Positions 7,817 to 16,925 of a stretch of DNA of 38,785 nt are shown one piece after another; positions within the stretch are counted from its first letter, which is position 1; each line of letters starts with the position of its first letter. Under the pieces are notes generated by a model. That model worked only from the letters and a program-made list of their open reading frames with translations. It made no database searches and was not told the DNA's origin. Both the position numbers and the translations under genes were made by a program. Source of the DNA: a virus (lineage: Duplodnaviria; Caudoviricetes); IMG/VR virus record IMGVR_UViG_3300022177_000034, positions 1-38,785 of that record; one strand, 5' to 3'.

Positions 7817-8644
7817 ATGAACGAATTGCAGGTATTCTCCTATGAAGGGAAAGAGGTCAGGACTATCCATAGGGGTGGCGACACCTGGTGGGTCGCCAAA
7901 GACGTGTGCGATGTTTTTGGTGAGACCAACCGCAACCGTGCCATGCAAACTCTAGATGAGGATGAAAAGGGGTATACGCAAATGACTACCCCCGGCGGAA
8001 TCCAGCGATTTGCCGTGGTAAACGAAGCGGGTCTATATGCCCTGCTCTTTGCCATGCAGCCAACGAAGGCGCGCGGTGTAAGTGATGAGTACATCGCTGA
8101 CAGGGAGCAAAAACTCAGGAGTTTCAAACGCTGGGTCACCCATGAGGTTTTACCGACCATCCGCAAACATGGAGCCTATATCACATCCTCCAAACTGGAA
8201 GAAATCATGAATGATCCTGACTCTTGGATCAAGCTCTTGACTGCTCTCAAAGAGGAACGGCAAGAAAAAGAACGGCTTCAGCTGCAGGCCACCCAAGATA
8301 AGCCTAAGGTGGTTTTTGCCGACGCAGTGTCGGTTTCGGAGGGAACCATTCTTATCGGGGAACTGGCTAAAATCCTCAAAGGTAACGGCATCGAAATCGG
8401 TCAGAACCGTCTGTTTGAAAGGCTCCGCCAGGATGGCTTCCTTATCAAGCGCAAAGGCACCGATTACAATGCGCCGACCCAGAAGGCGATGGAGCTTGGG
8501 CTATTCAAGGTCAAGGAAACCGCTATTACCCATTCGGACGGGCATGTCACTATATCCAAGACTACGAAGGTGACCGGCAAAGGCCAGCAGTATTTTGCTA
8601 ACTACTTTCTCGGCGGAGGGACAGTAAGTGATGGACAAGCTTAA
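7817..8644 (+). CDS. Phage antirepressor, BRO-N + KilAC
   Basis: WWVAKDVCDV, VNEAGLYAL, FKRWVTHEVLPTIRKHGAY; PKVVFADAV, IGQNRLF, VTGKGQQYF. Confidence 0.9.
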   Translation: MNELQVFSYEGKEVRTIHRGGDTWWVAKDVCDVFGETNRNRAMQTLDEDEKGYTQMTTPGGIQRFAVVNEAGLYALLFAMQPTKARGVSDEYIADREQKLRSFKRWVTHEVLPTIRKHGAYITSSKLEEIMNDPDSWIKLLTALKEERQEKERLQLQATQDKPKVVFADAVSVSEGTILIGELAKILKGNGIEIGQNRLFERLRQDGFLIKRKGTDYNAPTQKAMELGLFKVKETAITHSDGHVTISKTTKVTGKGQQYFANYFLGGGTVSDGQA

Positions 8645-9062
8645 TGGTGTAGGATATCCCGATCCCACCGCTGCCGAAGCCTTGACCAATGTGATGCGGG
8701 ATGAAAAAACAAAGGTAAAACAATACCGTCCCCTGGTTTACATTTGTTCTCCCTTTGCAGGGGACACCGAATACAACATAAAACATGCACAAGGCTATTG
8801 CCGGTTTGCGTTCAGCCAGGGGTGTATTCCCCTGGCGCCGCATCTCCACTATCCACAGTTCATGGACGATTCCGATAAGGAAAGTCGGGAAATGGGATTA
8901 TCTTTTGCCCTGATTCTACTTAGCAAATGCGATGCGGTATGGGTATTCGGCGACACTGTCAGCGCCGGGATGAGACGCGAAATCGCCAGGGCGAAACGGC
9001 GCGGGATGTCGATTCGGTATTTCAACAGCAAATGCGAGGAGGACGCGATATGCGAGACTTGA
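8631..9062 (+). CDS. DUF4406-like nucleoside deoxyribosyltransferase-fold protein
   Basis: VYICSPFAGD, PLAPHL, LLSKCDAVWVFG, SAGMRREI. Confidence 0.75.
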   Translation: MDKLNGVGYPDPTAAEALTNVMRDEKTKVKQYRPLVYICSPFAGDTEYNIKHAQGYCRFAFSQGCIPLAPHLHYPQFMDDSDKESREMGLSFALILLSKCDAVWVFGDTVSAGMRREIARAKRRGMSIRYFNSKCEEDAICET

Positions 9063-11389
9063 AGATTTCCTACGGCAACAGTTGCTTCGCCAAGAAGTGG
9101 TCAAACAAGACGATTACCTTTGACGATCTCTGCAAGCGACTGGAAACTACTATCCGCACATCCGAGACTGTCGAGGAATACCCTCGCCTCCCCAAGAAGG
9201 AACGAGACAGGGTAAAAGACAAGGGCGGCCACGTTGGAGGCTGGCTAAGGAATGGGCAGCGCAAGCGAGAGATGGTGGAGTGTCGTTCTATGCTAACCCA
9301 CGACGCTGACCACGCCGCTAAGGATTTCATCGACCGATACGGAATGCTGGGCAGGTACGCTTCCTGTCTATATACCACGCACGGGCATACGCCGGAAGCA
9401 CCGAGGTTGCGTATCATCACACCTCTGACCCGCGACGTAACGCCGGACGAGTATGCCGCCATAACCCGGTTCTTTGCTGATGAGTGGGGTATCGACCAAT
9501 TCGACGAATGCTCCTACCGCCCCCATCAGCTTATGTATTGGCCGACCACACCATCCGACGGAGAATACATCTTCAAACGCTTTGACGGAGAGTGGCTCGA
9601 CCCCGACGAGTATCTGGCGGGGCACCCGAACTGGCGCGACTGTTCCCAGCTTCCCACATCGTCGAGGGAAAGCGCAGTCATCAACCGTGAGATGAAGCAC
9701 CAGAAAGACCCGCTCGAAAAGGAAGGCATTATCGGCGCGTTCAACAACGCCCATTTCCCGATTCAGGATTTCATTGATTCGGAAATGTCGGATACATACG
9801 AGATGTCCTTAATTGGCGGGCGTTATGGGTACAGGCTCGCCGACAGCACAGCGGGCGTGGTCATATATGATGACCGGTTCGTCTATTCCAACCACGCCAG
9901 TGACCCCGCCTACGGGCAGCTGCTGAATGCCTTTGACCTGATGCGGGTTCACCGCTTCGGGCATCTGGACGAGAAGGATGGCATCAAGGCAATGCTCGAC
10001 CTCGCCCGCAGCGAACATGGAGTGAAGGCGTGGCTCGCCAAACAAAGGACGGAGAAGGCGCAAGCCGAATTTGCCGAACCCGCAGACGGCGGCACTGACT
10101 GGCAGCTGCAGCTGGAGGTGGAGAAGAACGGCAAGGTCAAGGACACCCTCGACAATCTGGTGCTTATCCTTGACAACGATCCGAAAGTGGCGGTCGTGGG
10201 CTATAACGAACTGAAAAGCAGCCTTGACTTCATTGCCAAGCCGGCATGGGAGCCGATTAAGTATCCGTCTTGGACGGACAACGACACGTCGCAGCTACGG
10301 GTTTACTTAAGCGATATTTATGGCATCTACTCGCCGAACAAAACCCAGGATGCACTGAACATGGTGGCGGCGAAGCGCAAGCACCATCCAATTCGGGAGT
10401 ACCTTAACTCCCTGCCGACTTGGGACAAAAGGGTGCGCGTGGAGACGCTGCTCATCGATCACCTCGGCGCACAGGACACCATCTACACCAGAGCCGTGAC
10501 GCGCAAAACCATTGTGGCGGCGGTAGCCCGTGTTTTTGTGCCGGGTATAAAGTTCGACAGTGTCCTGGTCATGGATGGACCTCAGGACAAGGGCAAAAGT
10601 ACTTTATTTAACCGGCTTGCGGGCGACAATTGGTTCAACGACGGGCTGACGCTCACGGATATGCAGGATAAGGCCGGCGCGGAGAAGCTGCAGGGCTATT
10701 GGATTCTTGAAATCGGGGAACTGACCGGGATGCGGAAGTCCGACATCGACAGCGTGAAGTCATTCATTAGCCGTCGCGACGATAAGTACCGCGCCAGCTA
10801 CGGACGCGTGGTGGAGAGTCATCCCCGCCAAAGCATCATCGTAGCGACCGTCAACAGCATGGGCGGTTTCCTCCGTGACCCTACGGGCAACCGCCGCTTC
10901 TGGCCGGTAAAGACGCCCGGCGGTACGAGGAAGCATTCGTGGGACATCACCGATGAGGAAGTAAAGCAGATATGGGCGGAGGCGCTTGCGCTCTGGAAGG
11001 CCGGCGAGAAGCTGTATCTGGAGGGCGGCGTCAAGGAGACAGCGGCAGCGGAGCAGAACGCCGCGCTTGAAACCGATCCGCGCGAGGGTCAGGTTCTGGA
11101 CTATCTCGAACAGCTTCTGCCTGAGAACTGGTATGGGATGGATATTTATCGCCGGCGCGAGTTCATCCGCGCCGACGGAGATCCGACCCAACCAAGGGGC
11201 GCAACGAGCCGAAGTTCTGTCTGCACGATGGAAATCTGGTGCGAGTGCTTCGGGAAGGATGCGGCGGCAATCAAGCGAGCGGACAGCTACGAAATAAGCA
11301 CCATACTACGCAAGTTGGGCTGGTCGCAGTCCGAATCGTCTAAACGCATACCGTTATACGGGAAGCAGCGCTTATGGAACAAGCTATGA
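9050..11389 (+). CDS. Primase-like N-terminus + VapE-family helicase
   Basis: RBS GAGGAGG, ATG 9050. DAD and YTTHGH...PRLRII primase-like motifs; Walker A GPQDKGKST, Walker B WILEIGE, DPTGNRRFWP. Confidence 0.88.
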   Translation: MRDLKISYGNSCFAKKWSNKTITFDDLCKRLETTIRTSETVEEYPRLPKKERDRVKDKGGHVGGWLRNGQRKREMVECRSMLTHDADHAAKDFIDRYGMLGRYASCLYTTHGHTPEAPRLRIITPLTRDVTPDEYAAITRFFADEWGIDQFDECSYRPHQLMYWPTTPSDGEYIFKRFDGEWLDPDEYLAGHPNWRDCSQLPTSSRESAVINREMKHQKDPLEKEGIIGAFNNAHFPIQDFIDSEMSDTYEMSLIGGRYGYRLADSTAGVVIYDDRFVYSNHASDPAYGQLLNAFDLMRVHRFGHLDEKDGIKAMLDLARSEHGVKAWLAKQRTEKAQAEFAEPADGGTDWQLQLEVEKNGKVKDTLDNLVLILDNDPKVAVVGYNELKSSLDFIAKPAWEPIKYPSWTDNDTSQLRVYLSDIYGIYSPNKTQDALNMVAAKRKHHPIREYLNSLPTWDKRVRVETLLIDHLGAQDTIYTRAVTRKTIVAAVARVFVPGIKFDSVLVMDGPQDKGKSTLFNRLAGDNWFNDGLTLTDMQDKAGAEKLQGYWILEIGELTGMRKSDIDSVKSFISRRDDKYRASYGRVVESHPRQSIIVATVNSMGGFLRDPTGNRRFWPVKTPGGTRKHSWDITDEEVKQIWAEALALWKAGEKLYLEGGVKETAAAEQNAALETDPREGQVLDYLEQLLPENWYGMDIYRRREFIRADGDPTQPRGATSRSSVCTMEIWCECFGKDAAAIKRADSYEISTILRKLGWSQSESSKRIPLYGKQRLWNKL

Positions 11390-11558
11390 ACGCGTCAATG
11401 CAACAAAGCCTGATTTTACGGAGCTTTGCGAACATAAGGAACAATAGGAACGAAATCTACTATATATTATGTCGGTGTCCTGTAATAGGTATAGACCGTT
11501 CCTGTACCCGCGTGAGGGTATATATAGGAAATCTTGTTCCTTTTCGTTCCTTCGTTCC
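11376..11558. repeat. Convergent GGAAC/GTTCC iteron-like repeats; putative replication origin
   Basis: (G)GAAC at 11376, 11388, 11430, 11438, 11447; GTTCC at 11498, 11536, 11546, 11554; TATATA tracts between them. Confidence 0.55.
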
Positions 11559-11583
11559 ACCAGTTAAACAATGGGAGGTCAAG

Positions 11584-11865
11584 ATGAAGGAAAAGATATT
11601 GGAACGCAAACTCGTGCAGGCGGTCAAGGCGATGGGAGGATTAGCCCCCAAGTTTGTAAGCCCCGGTTTTGACGGAGTGCCGGACCGCTTAATACTGTTA
11701 CCGGGTGGCAGAATTGCCTTTGCAGAAGTTAAAACGACGGGATGCAAACCCCGGCCGTTACAGGTAAAGCGAAAAGGGCAGCTGGAAGCGTTAGGGGTTT
11801 CGGTCTACATCATTGATCACCCGGATCAGATTGGAGGGATGCTGGATGAGATACGAGCCACATAA
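11584..11865 (+). CDS. VRR-NUC domain nuclease
   Basis: MKEKILERKLV...GVPDRLIL...FAEVK...RPLQ; RBS GGGAGG. Confidence 0.88.
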   Translation: MKEKILERKLVQAVKAMGGLAPKFVSPGFDGVPDRLILLPGGRIAFAEVKTTGCKPRPLQVKRKGQLEALGVSVYIIDHPDQIGGMLDEIRAT

Positions 11866-13204
11866 ATACCAGGATTATGCCACCAGATTTATCCTTGAGC
11901 ACCCGATTGCGGCTGTTCTGCTTGAAATGGGATTAGGCAAGAGTGTCATCACTCTTACCGCCATCTTCGATCTTACCCTAGACAGTTTTGAGATCCGAAA
12001 GGTTTTAGTTATTGCTCCGCTACGGGTAGGAATAGGGACTTGGCCAGCTGAAATGAAAAAGTGGGATCACCTAAATGGGCTTACCTGCTCGGTGGCTATC
12101 GGCAGCGAAACCCAGCGGAAAGCTGCGCTTTTGCAACCAGCACAGGTTTATATTATTAACCGGGAAAACATTGACTGGCTGGTGAATAAAAGCCGACTTC
12201 CCTTCGACTATGACATGGTGGTTATTGATGAACTAAGTTCATTTAAGGCTAACAGTTCCAAACGTTTCAAGGCGCTGCGCAAGGTTCGTCCCAGTGTCAA
12301 AAGAGTGGTCGGCCTCACTGGGACGCCTTCCTCCAATGGACTGATAGATTTATGGGCTGAAGTCGGTATTCTTGACATGGGGCAGCGTCTTGGCCGGTAC
12401 ATCACCCATTTCCGCAACAATTACTTTATGCCCGACAAACGCAGCCAGCAGATGGTATTTTCATATAAGCCCCGGCCCGGTGCGGAGGAAGCCATCTATC
12501 AACTGATCTCGGATATTACCATCAGCATGAAAAATACCGATTATCTTAAATTGCCGGAGCTGGTGATAAATGAAATCCCCGTCAGGCTATCTGAAAAAGA
12601 GACCGACTGCTACCAGACAATGAAGCGCGAAATGGTGCTTTCTATCCAAGACAAGGAAATTGATGCGGTTCACGCCGCCGCGCTTTCCGGCAAGCTTCTC
12701 CAGATGGCAAACGGTGCGGTCTATGACGAAAGCGGCGGCGTAGCACATATTCACGACCGCAAGCTGGATGCGCTGGAGGATCTAATCGAAGCAGCCAACG
12801 GCAAGCCGGTTTTAATTGCCTACTGGTTCAAGCACGACCTTAAGCGGATACTGGAGCGTTTTCCCGCCGAGCGGCTGGACAGTACCGGTTCCATAAAGCG
12901 ATGGAATGACGGCGATATCCCGGTGGCCGTTATCCACCCCGCATCGGCGGGTCATGGTTTAAATCTACAATCTGGAGGTTCCACCCTTGTATGGTTCTCC
13001 CTGACTTGGAGCCTGGAACTTTACCAGCAGACCAATGCCAGGCTCTGGCGGCAAGGGCAAAAGGACACCGTTGTTATTCATCACATTATCGCCAAGAGCA
13101 CGATTGACGAACAGGTCATGAAGGCTCTCCGACTAAAGGATAAAACCCAGACCGCCCTCATTGAAGCGGTCAAGGCAAACCTAAACAAGGAGGCGGTCGC
13201 ATGA
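11846..13204 (+). CDS. SNF2-family helicase
   Basis: MGLGKS, VIAP, IDELS, LTGTP, GHGLNLQ, QTNARLWRQGQ. Confidence 0.9.
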   Translation: MRYEPHKYQDYATRFILEHPIAAVLLEMGLGKSVITLTAIFDLTLDSFEIRKVLVIAPLRVGIGTWPAEMKKWDHLNGLTCSVAIGSETQRKAALLQPAQVYIINRENIDWLVNKSRLPFDYDMVVIDELSSFKANSSKRFKALRKVRPSVKRVVGLTGTPSSNGLIDLWAEVGILDMGQRLGRYITHFRNNYFMPDKRSQQMVFSYKPRPGAEEAIYQLISDITISMKNTDYLKLPELVINEIPVRLSEKETDCYQTMKREMVLSIQDKEIDAVHAAALSGKLLQMANGAVYDESGGVAHIHDRKLDALEDLIEAANGKPVLIAYWFKHDLKRILERFPAERLDSTGSIKRWNDGDIPVAVIHPASAGHGLNLQSGGSTLVWFSLTWSLELYQQTNARLWRQGQKDTVVIHHIIAKSTIDEQVMKALRLKDKTQTALIEAVKANLNKEAVA

Positions 13205-13650
13205 TTGCATTAAAATACATCAACAAGAACGCCGCTACCGTAGCCGCCATCCGCGACTATACCAACATGCGGTTCATTATAAATAACACCCCGGAGGAGA
13301 TAAAGGAAGTGTACGAAAAGATGAGTGCACCTAGAACCCCCAAGTTATCAAGGATGCCGTCCGTAAGGAACCCGCAAGCCGGAGCCGACAAACTGGCGGC
13401 GCAGATTGACAAGCTGGACATTCTGCGGGAACGCTACAGCCAGGCTATAGAGTACATGGCGTGGTTCGAGCCTGCCTGGTCAAGCTTGACCGATACTGAG
13501 CAACACTTCCTCTCTGAGTTCTACATGGGCGACAACCAGAAGTCTGGTGCGACCTACCGCCTGATGACTGAACTTAGTTACAGCGAAAGCCACGTGGAAA
13601 GATTACGGAGCAATGCATTAAACCACCTGCGCAGTATGCTGTTCGGATAA
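13201..13650 (+). CDS. ArpU/RinA-like late transcription activator
   Basis: Last early gene before HNH/terminase; C-terminal HTH (LTDTEQHFLSEFY...LSYSESHVERLRSNAL). Confidence 0.65.
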   Translation: MIALKYINKNAATVAAIRDYTNMRFIINNTPEEIKEVYEKMSAPRTPKLSRMPSVRNPQAGADKLAAQIDKLDILRERYSQAIEYMAWFEPAWSSLTDTEQHFLSEFYMGDNQKSGATYRLMTELSYSESHVERLRSNALNHLRSMLFG

Positions 13651-13652
13651 AG

Positions 13653-13697
13653 ATGAGGGAATTATGAGGGAGTGATTGTCTCAGGACCTTGTATAAT
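13653..13697 (+). promoter_or_regulatory. Putative activator-dependent late promoter
   Basis: ATGAGGGA direct repeat (13653, 13664) and TATAAT 13692-13697 without a consensus -35. Confidence 0.55.
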
Positions 13698-13719
13698 AGT
13701 AACATCGAAAGCTGTATCA

Positions 13720-13755
13720 AGAGCCTTCGCGGAGTTACAACCGCGGGGGCTTTTT
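13720..13755 (+). terminator. Intrinsic terminator
   Basis: AGAGCCTTCGCGG / CCGCGGGGGCTTT stem ending in a T run. Confidence 0.65.
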
Positions 13756-13781
13756 GTATGCCAATAACGAGGTGAATTTTA

Positions 13782-14135
13782 ATGCCCTTTAAGCCCAAAC
13801 GACCCTGTTCTCAGCCTGGTTGTCCTAAGCTGACAGACGGCCGGTTTTGCGAGGAACACACAAAAGAAGAGGCAAAACGATATGAAAGATACCAGCGCGA
13901 CCCGGCGATGAAGAAACGCTACAGCAGGACTTGGAAACGGATTCGTGACCGGTACATCAAGGAGCACCCCCTCTGTGAAATGTGTCAAAAGGAAGATAAA
14001 TTGACGCTGGCCGAGGAGGTGCACCATGTTGTGCCGCTTTCGAAGGGAGGAACCCATGCAGAAGAAAATCTGATGGCGTTATGCACCAGATGTCACTCAA
14101 CCATAACAGCTAAGGAAGGTGGACGTTGGGGCTAA
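13782..14135 (+). CDS. Packaging-associated HNH endonuclease
   Basis: PKRPCSQPGCP, PLCEMC, VHHVVPLSKGG, NLMALCTRCH; upstream of TerS. Confidence 0.9.
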   Translation: MPFKPKRPCSQPGCPKLTDGRFCEEHTKEEAKRYERYQRDPAMKKRYSRTWKRIRDRYIKEHPLCEMCQKEDKLTLAEEVHHVVPLSKGGTHAEENLMALCTRCHSTITAKEGGRWG

Positions 14136-14165
14136 GGGCTATGTGCGCTGTAAGGAACGGCAACC

Positions 14166-14456
14166 TTACCTCATGTATCGCTTCAGTTCTTCATAGAAGT
14201 TTTCGCGGGTACCAGCAAGGATTACAACAACGGTTTCGTCATCTTCTTCAACAATGGTGTAGGCCAACTCGTAGTTGGTTTTGTTGTGGAAGATATCGCA
14301 GCAATATATGCCGCTAAGATCACCGGTTTTAGGTTCACCAAAATAGGGATCCATTTGAACCTGATCAATAGCGGCTTGAAATTTATCTTTTAGGGATTTC
14401 TCTTTTAGCTTTTTTAGATAACGGGCAGCAGGAGGCAAAATGATTAATTTGGCCAT
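14166..14456 (-). CDS. RelE/ParE-family toxin
   Basis: AARYLKKLK...DPYFGEPKTGDLSG...YELAY...VILAGTRENFYEELKR; overlaps the antitoxin stop. Confidence 0.8.
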   Translation of the reverse strand: MAKLIILPPAARYLKKLKEKSLKDKFQAAIDQVQMDPYFGEPKTGDLSGIYCCDIFHNKTNYELAYTIVEEDDETVVVILAGTRENFYEELKRYMR

Positions 14457-14830
14457 CACTCTGCCTCCGAACCAAAGACATCTTCATAGCTATCATTTGA
14501 TGCTTGGCCTTTAGCTGCAAGGCGAGCCTCATCAAGCAAGCGTTCTACAGCGGGACGAACTTGGCGGCGAGTTTCTTTAAATTTATCCAGCAGTTCTTGT
14601 CCGGAAAGACCTTGGGTTATTAAATCGGCCAGGATCTGTTCGTCAAATTCTCCGCCGCTTTCCCGAACTGGCCGGATGACGATGGCGTTGTTTTGGATGT
14701 AGCATTCCACTTCCTTATCAATGCCGACGCTGTTATAGAACTCAATCGGTATGGTTATCTGGCGTTTTTGTGATACTGAGATACGTTTTTTTATCATCGG
14801 GTTTTCTCCTTTGGGTTTAACTTGGGACAT
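14456..14830 (-). CDS. AbrB/MazE-family antitoxin
   Basis: KRISVSQKRQITIPIEFY...IVIRP swapped-hairpin motif; RBS AAGGAGG on the minus strand. Confidence 0.8.
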   Translation of the reverse strand: MSQVKPKGENPMIKKRISVSQKRQITIPIEFYNSVGIDKEVECYIQNNAIVIRPVRESGGEFDEQILADLITQGLSGQELLDKFKETRRQVRPAVERLLDEARLAAKGQASNDSYEDVFGSEAE

Positions 14831-14875
14831 TACTGTTCCTCCTTGCTAGTATATGCTGATCCATTAGAAAAAATA

Positions 14876-14921
14876 CAAAGATTCTTTGATTAATAATAGC
14901 AAAGAAACAAAGAAAACTCAA
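14876..14921 (-). promoter_or_regulatory. SigA promoter of the TA operon with CAAAGA operator repeats
   Basis: Minus strand TTGAGT (14921-14916), 17 nt, TATTAT (14898-14893) with TG extension; CAAAGA-T-TCTTTG palindrome 14876-14888; tandem CAAAGAAA 14900-14915. Confidence 0.6.
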
Positions 14922-14925
14922 GGGC

Positions 14926-15020
14926 AGGGGGGAGTCGAATCTCTACAGCCTGTGCCCTGGAGAACGGGCGGCCCCCTTCGCGTGCAAAAATTACAGTTCA
15001 AACGGGGGATTAAGCCCCGC
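14926..15020. other. Probable cos region
   Basis: GC-rich noncoding segment (GAACGGGCGGCCCCCTTCGCGTG) just upstream of TerS in an HNH + P27 TerS phage; position-based inference. Confidence 0.4.
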
Positions 15021-15042
15021 CACAGCTAGGAGGTGAGGGTTT

Positions 15043-15621
15043 GTGGCAAAAGACGGAACCAATAGAGGCGGTCGCCGGGTCCGTGCCGGTGACAAGCCGC
15101 AGCCCCTGGCTGACAAAATCACATCCGGAAAGGCTGCAAAGATTTTAGAAGCCCCGGAACTGCAGCCTGAGTCGATGCTCGAAGCGGAGGAACTTGAGGA
15201 TGCGGCAGATTTATACGGAGAAGACATGCCTGCACCCAGCGATTACCTCAGCGCGAGACAAAAAGACGGTAAGCCGCTGGGCGCTGGCGATCTGTTCAAA
15301 GAAACCTGGAAATGGCTCAAGGACCGCGGCTGTGAGAAGTTCGTCAACCCGCGGCTGATTGAAGCCTATGCCCAGGCGTTTACGCGTTATATCCAGTGTG
15401 AGGAAGCCATCAGCACCTACGGACTTTTAGGCAAGCACCCCACCACGGGCGGCGCGATGGCCAGTCCGTTCGTGCAGATGAGCCAATCATTTCAGAAACA
15501 GGCAAACCTTATCTGGTATGAGATTTTTGACATCGTCAAACAGAATTGCACCACGGCCTTCGTTGGCAATCCCCAGGACGATATCATGGAAGCTTTACTG
15601 TCAGGCAGGAAAGGACGATAA
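15043..15621 (+). CDS. terS: Terminase small subunit (P27 family)
   Basis: MAKDGTNRGGRRVRAG...KHPTTG...SPFV; RBS AGGAGGTG. Confidence 0.85.
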   Translation: MAKDGTNRGGRRVRAGDKPQPLADKITSGKAAKILEAPELQPESMLEAEELEDAADLYGEDMPAPSDYLSARQKDGKPLGAGDLFKETWKWLKDRGCEKFVNPRLIEAYAQAFTRYIQCEEAISTYGLLGKHPTTGGAMASPFVQMSQSFQKQANLIWYEIFDIVKQNCTTAFVGNPQDDIMEALLSGRKGR

Positions 15622-15623
15622 GA

Positions 15624-16859
15624 ATGAACACAACCGAGCGTTTTGAAAAAGTGAATATCGATCGGCTGGTGCCCTATGCCCGAAACGCCCGCACTCACAG
15701 CAAAGAACAGATACTCCAGCTTAGAGCATCACTCCGGGAGTTTGGATTCGTCAACCCGGTCATCGTAGATAAGGATCTTAATGTCATCGCCGGGCATGGG
15801 CGCATCCTGGCTGCCAAGGAGGAAGGCATAGCCGAAGTACCCTGCGTATTTGCGGAACACCTGACCGAAGCCCAGAAGCGGGCCTACATTATAGCCGACA
15901 ACCGGCTGGCCCTGAACGCTGGCTGGGATGATGAAATGCTCTCAGTAGAGATTGCCGATCTGCAGGGCGCGGACTTCGACATCTCCCTCCTCGGTTTTAA
16001 CGACGCGGAACTGAATAAGCTGCTGGGCGCTCTTGAGGATGTGAAGGACGACGACTTTGATGTAGAAGGCGAACTGGCCAAGCCCGCTGTAACAAAGCCA
16101 GGCGACCTGTGGCTTTTAGGACAGCACCGCGTTGTCTGCGGTGACAGCACCCAAGCGGATACCTATACCCTGCTTATGGACGGTAAACTTGCCAACCTGG
16201 TAGTAACCGATCCTCCCTACAACGTTAACTATGAGGGTACGGCGGGCAAGATTAAAAACGATAACATGGCGGACCAGAAGTTCTACCAGTTCCTGCTGGA
16301 AGCTTTCACCCTGACCGAAAAGGCCATGGCCAGGGATGCAAGTATCTATGTATTCCACGCCGACACGGAGGGATTTAATTTCCGTAAAGCATTTAAGGAT
16401 GCGGGATTCTATTTATCAGGAACGTGTATCTGGAAAAAGCAGTCGCTGGTCTTGGGACGTTCCCCTTACCAGTGGCAGCATGAGCCGATATTGTTTGGCT
16501 GGAAAAAAGCCGGCAAACACGCCTGGTACTCCGACCGCAAGCAGTCTACCATCTGGGAGTTCGACAAACCCAGGAAAAACACCGATCATCCGACCATGAA
16601 GCCAGTGCCGCTGGTCGCCTACCCCGTACTAAACTCCAGCATGACGGGCTGTATTGTTCTTGATCCCTTCGGCGGATCGGGCAGCACCCTGATCGCCTGT
16701 GAGCAGACCGGACGGATTTGCCACACCGTGGAACTGGACGAGAAGTTCTGCGATGTTATCGTGAACAGGTACATCGATTTAAAAGGTTCTGACGCTGATG
16801 TTTACCTTTTGCGCGGCGGTCGGAAAACTCCCTTTGAAAGCATGCAAAACATGGTGTAA
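15624..16859 (+). CDS. ParB-like N-terminal domain + N6/N4 DNA methyltransferase
   Basis: LVPYARNARTH, IAGHGR, IADNR; catalytic DPPY, HPTMKP, SAM-binding LDPFGGSGS. Confidence 0.9.
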   Translation: MNTTERFEKVNIDRLVPYARNARTHSKEQILQLRASLREFGFVNPVIVDKDLNVIAGHGRILAAKEEGIAEVPCVFAEHLTEAQKRAYIIADNRLALNAGWDDEMLSVEIADLQGADFDISLLGFNDAELNKLLGALEDVKDDDFDVEGELAKPAVTKPGDLWLLGQHRVVCGDSTQADTYTLLMDGKLANLVVTDPPYNVNYEGTAGKIKNDNMADQKFYQFLLEAFTLTEKAMARDASIYVFHADTEGFNFRKAFKDAGFYLSGTCIWKKQSLVLGRSPYQWQHEPILFGWKKAGKHAWYSDRKQSTIWEFDKPRKNTDHPTMKPVPLVAYPVLNSSMTGCIVLDPFGGSGSTLIACEQTGRICHTVELDEKFCDVIVNRYIDLKGSDADVYLLRGGRKTPFESMQNMV

Positions 16860-16862
16860 AGG

Positions 16863-16906
16863 CTTGCTATTACACCGATCCAGAGTGATGTATATGACTA
16901 CCAAAA
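16863..16906 (+). promoter_or_regulatory. Repeated element CTTGCTAT-N10-CAGAGTGAT, copy A
   Basis: Same boxes and spacing as 17878-17904; both precede ACCAAAA and a GAAAGG RBS. Confidence 0.65.
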
Positions 16907-16925
16907 CAGAAAGGTGGTCGATCCC

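Noticed and set aside
11376-11558. LexA (Cheo) boxes
   Set aside because: GAAC and GTTC half-sites are not arranged as GAAC-N4-GTTC.
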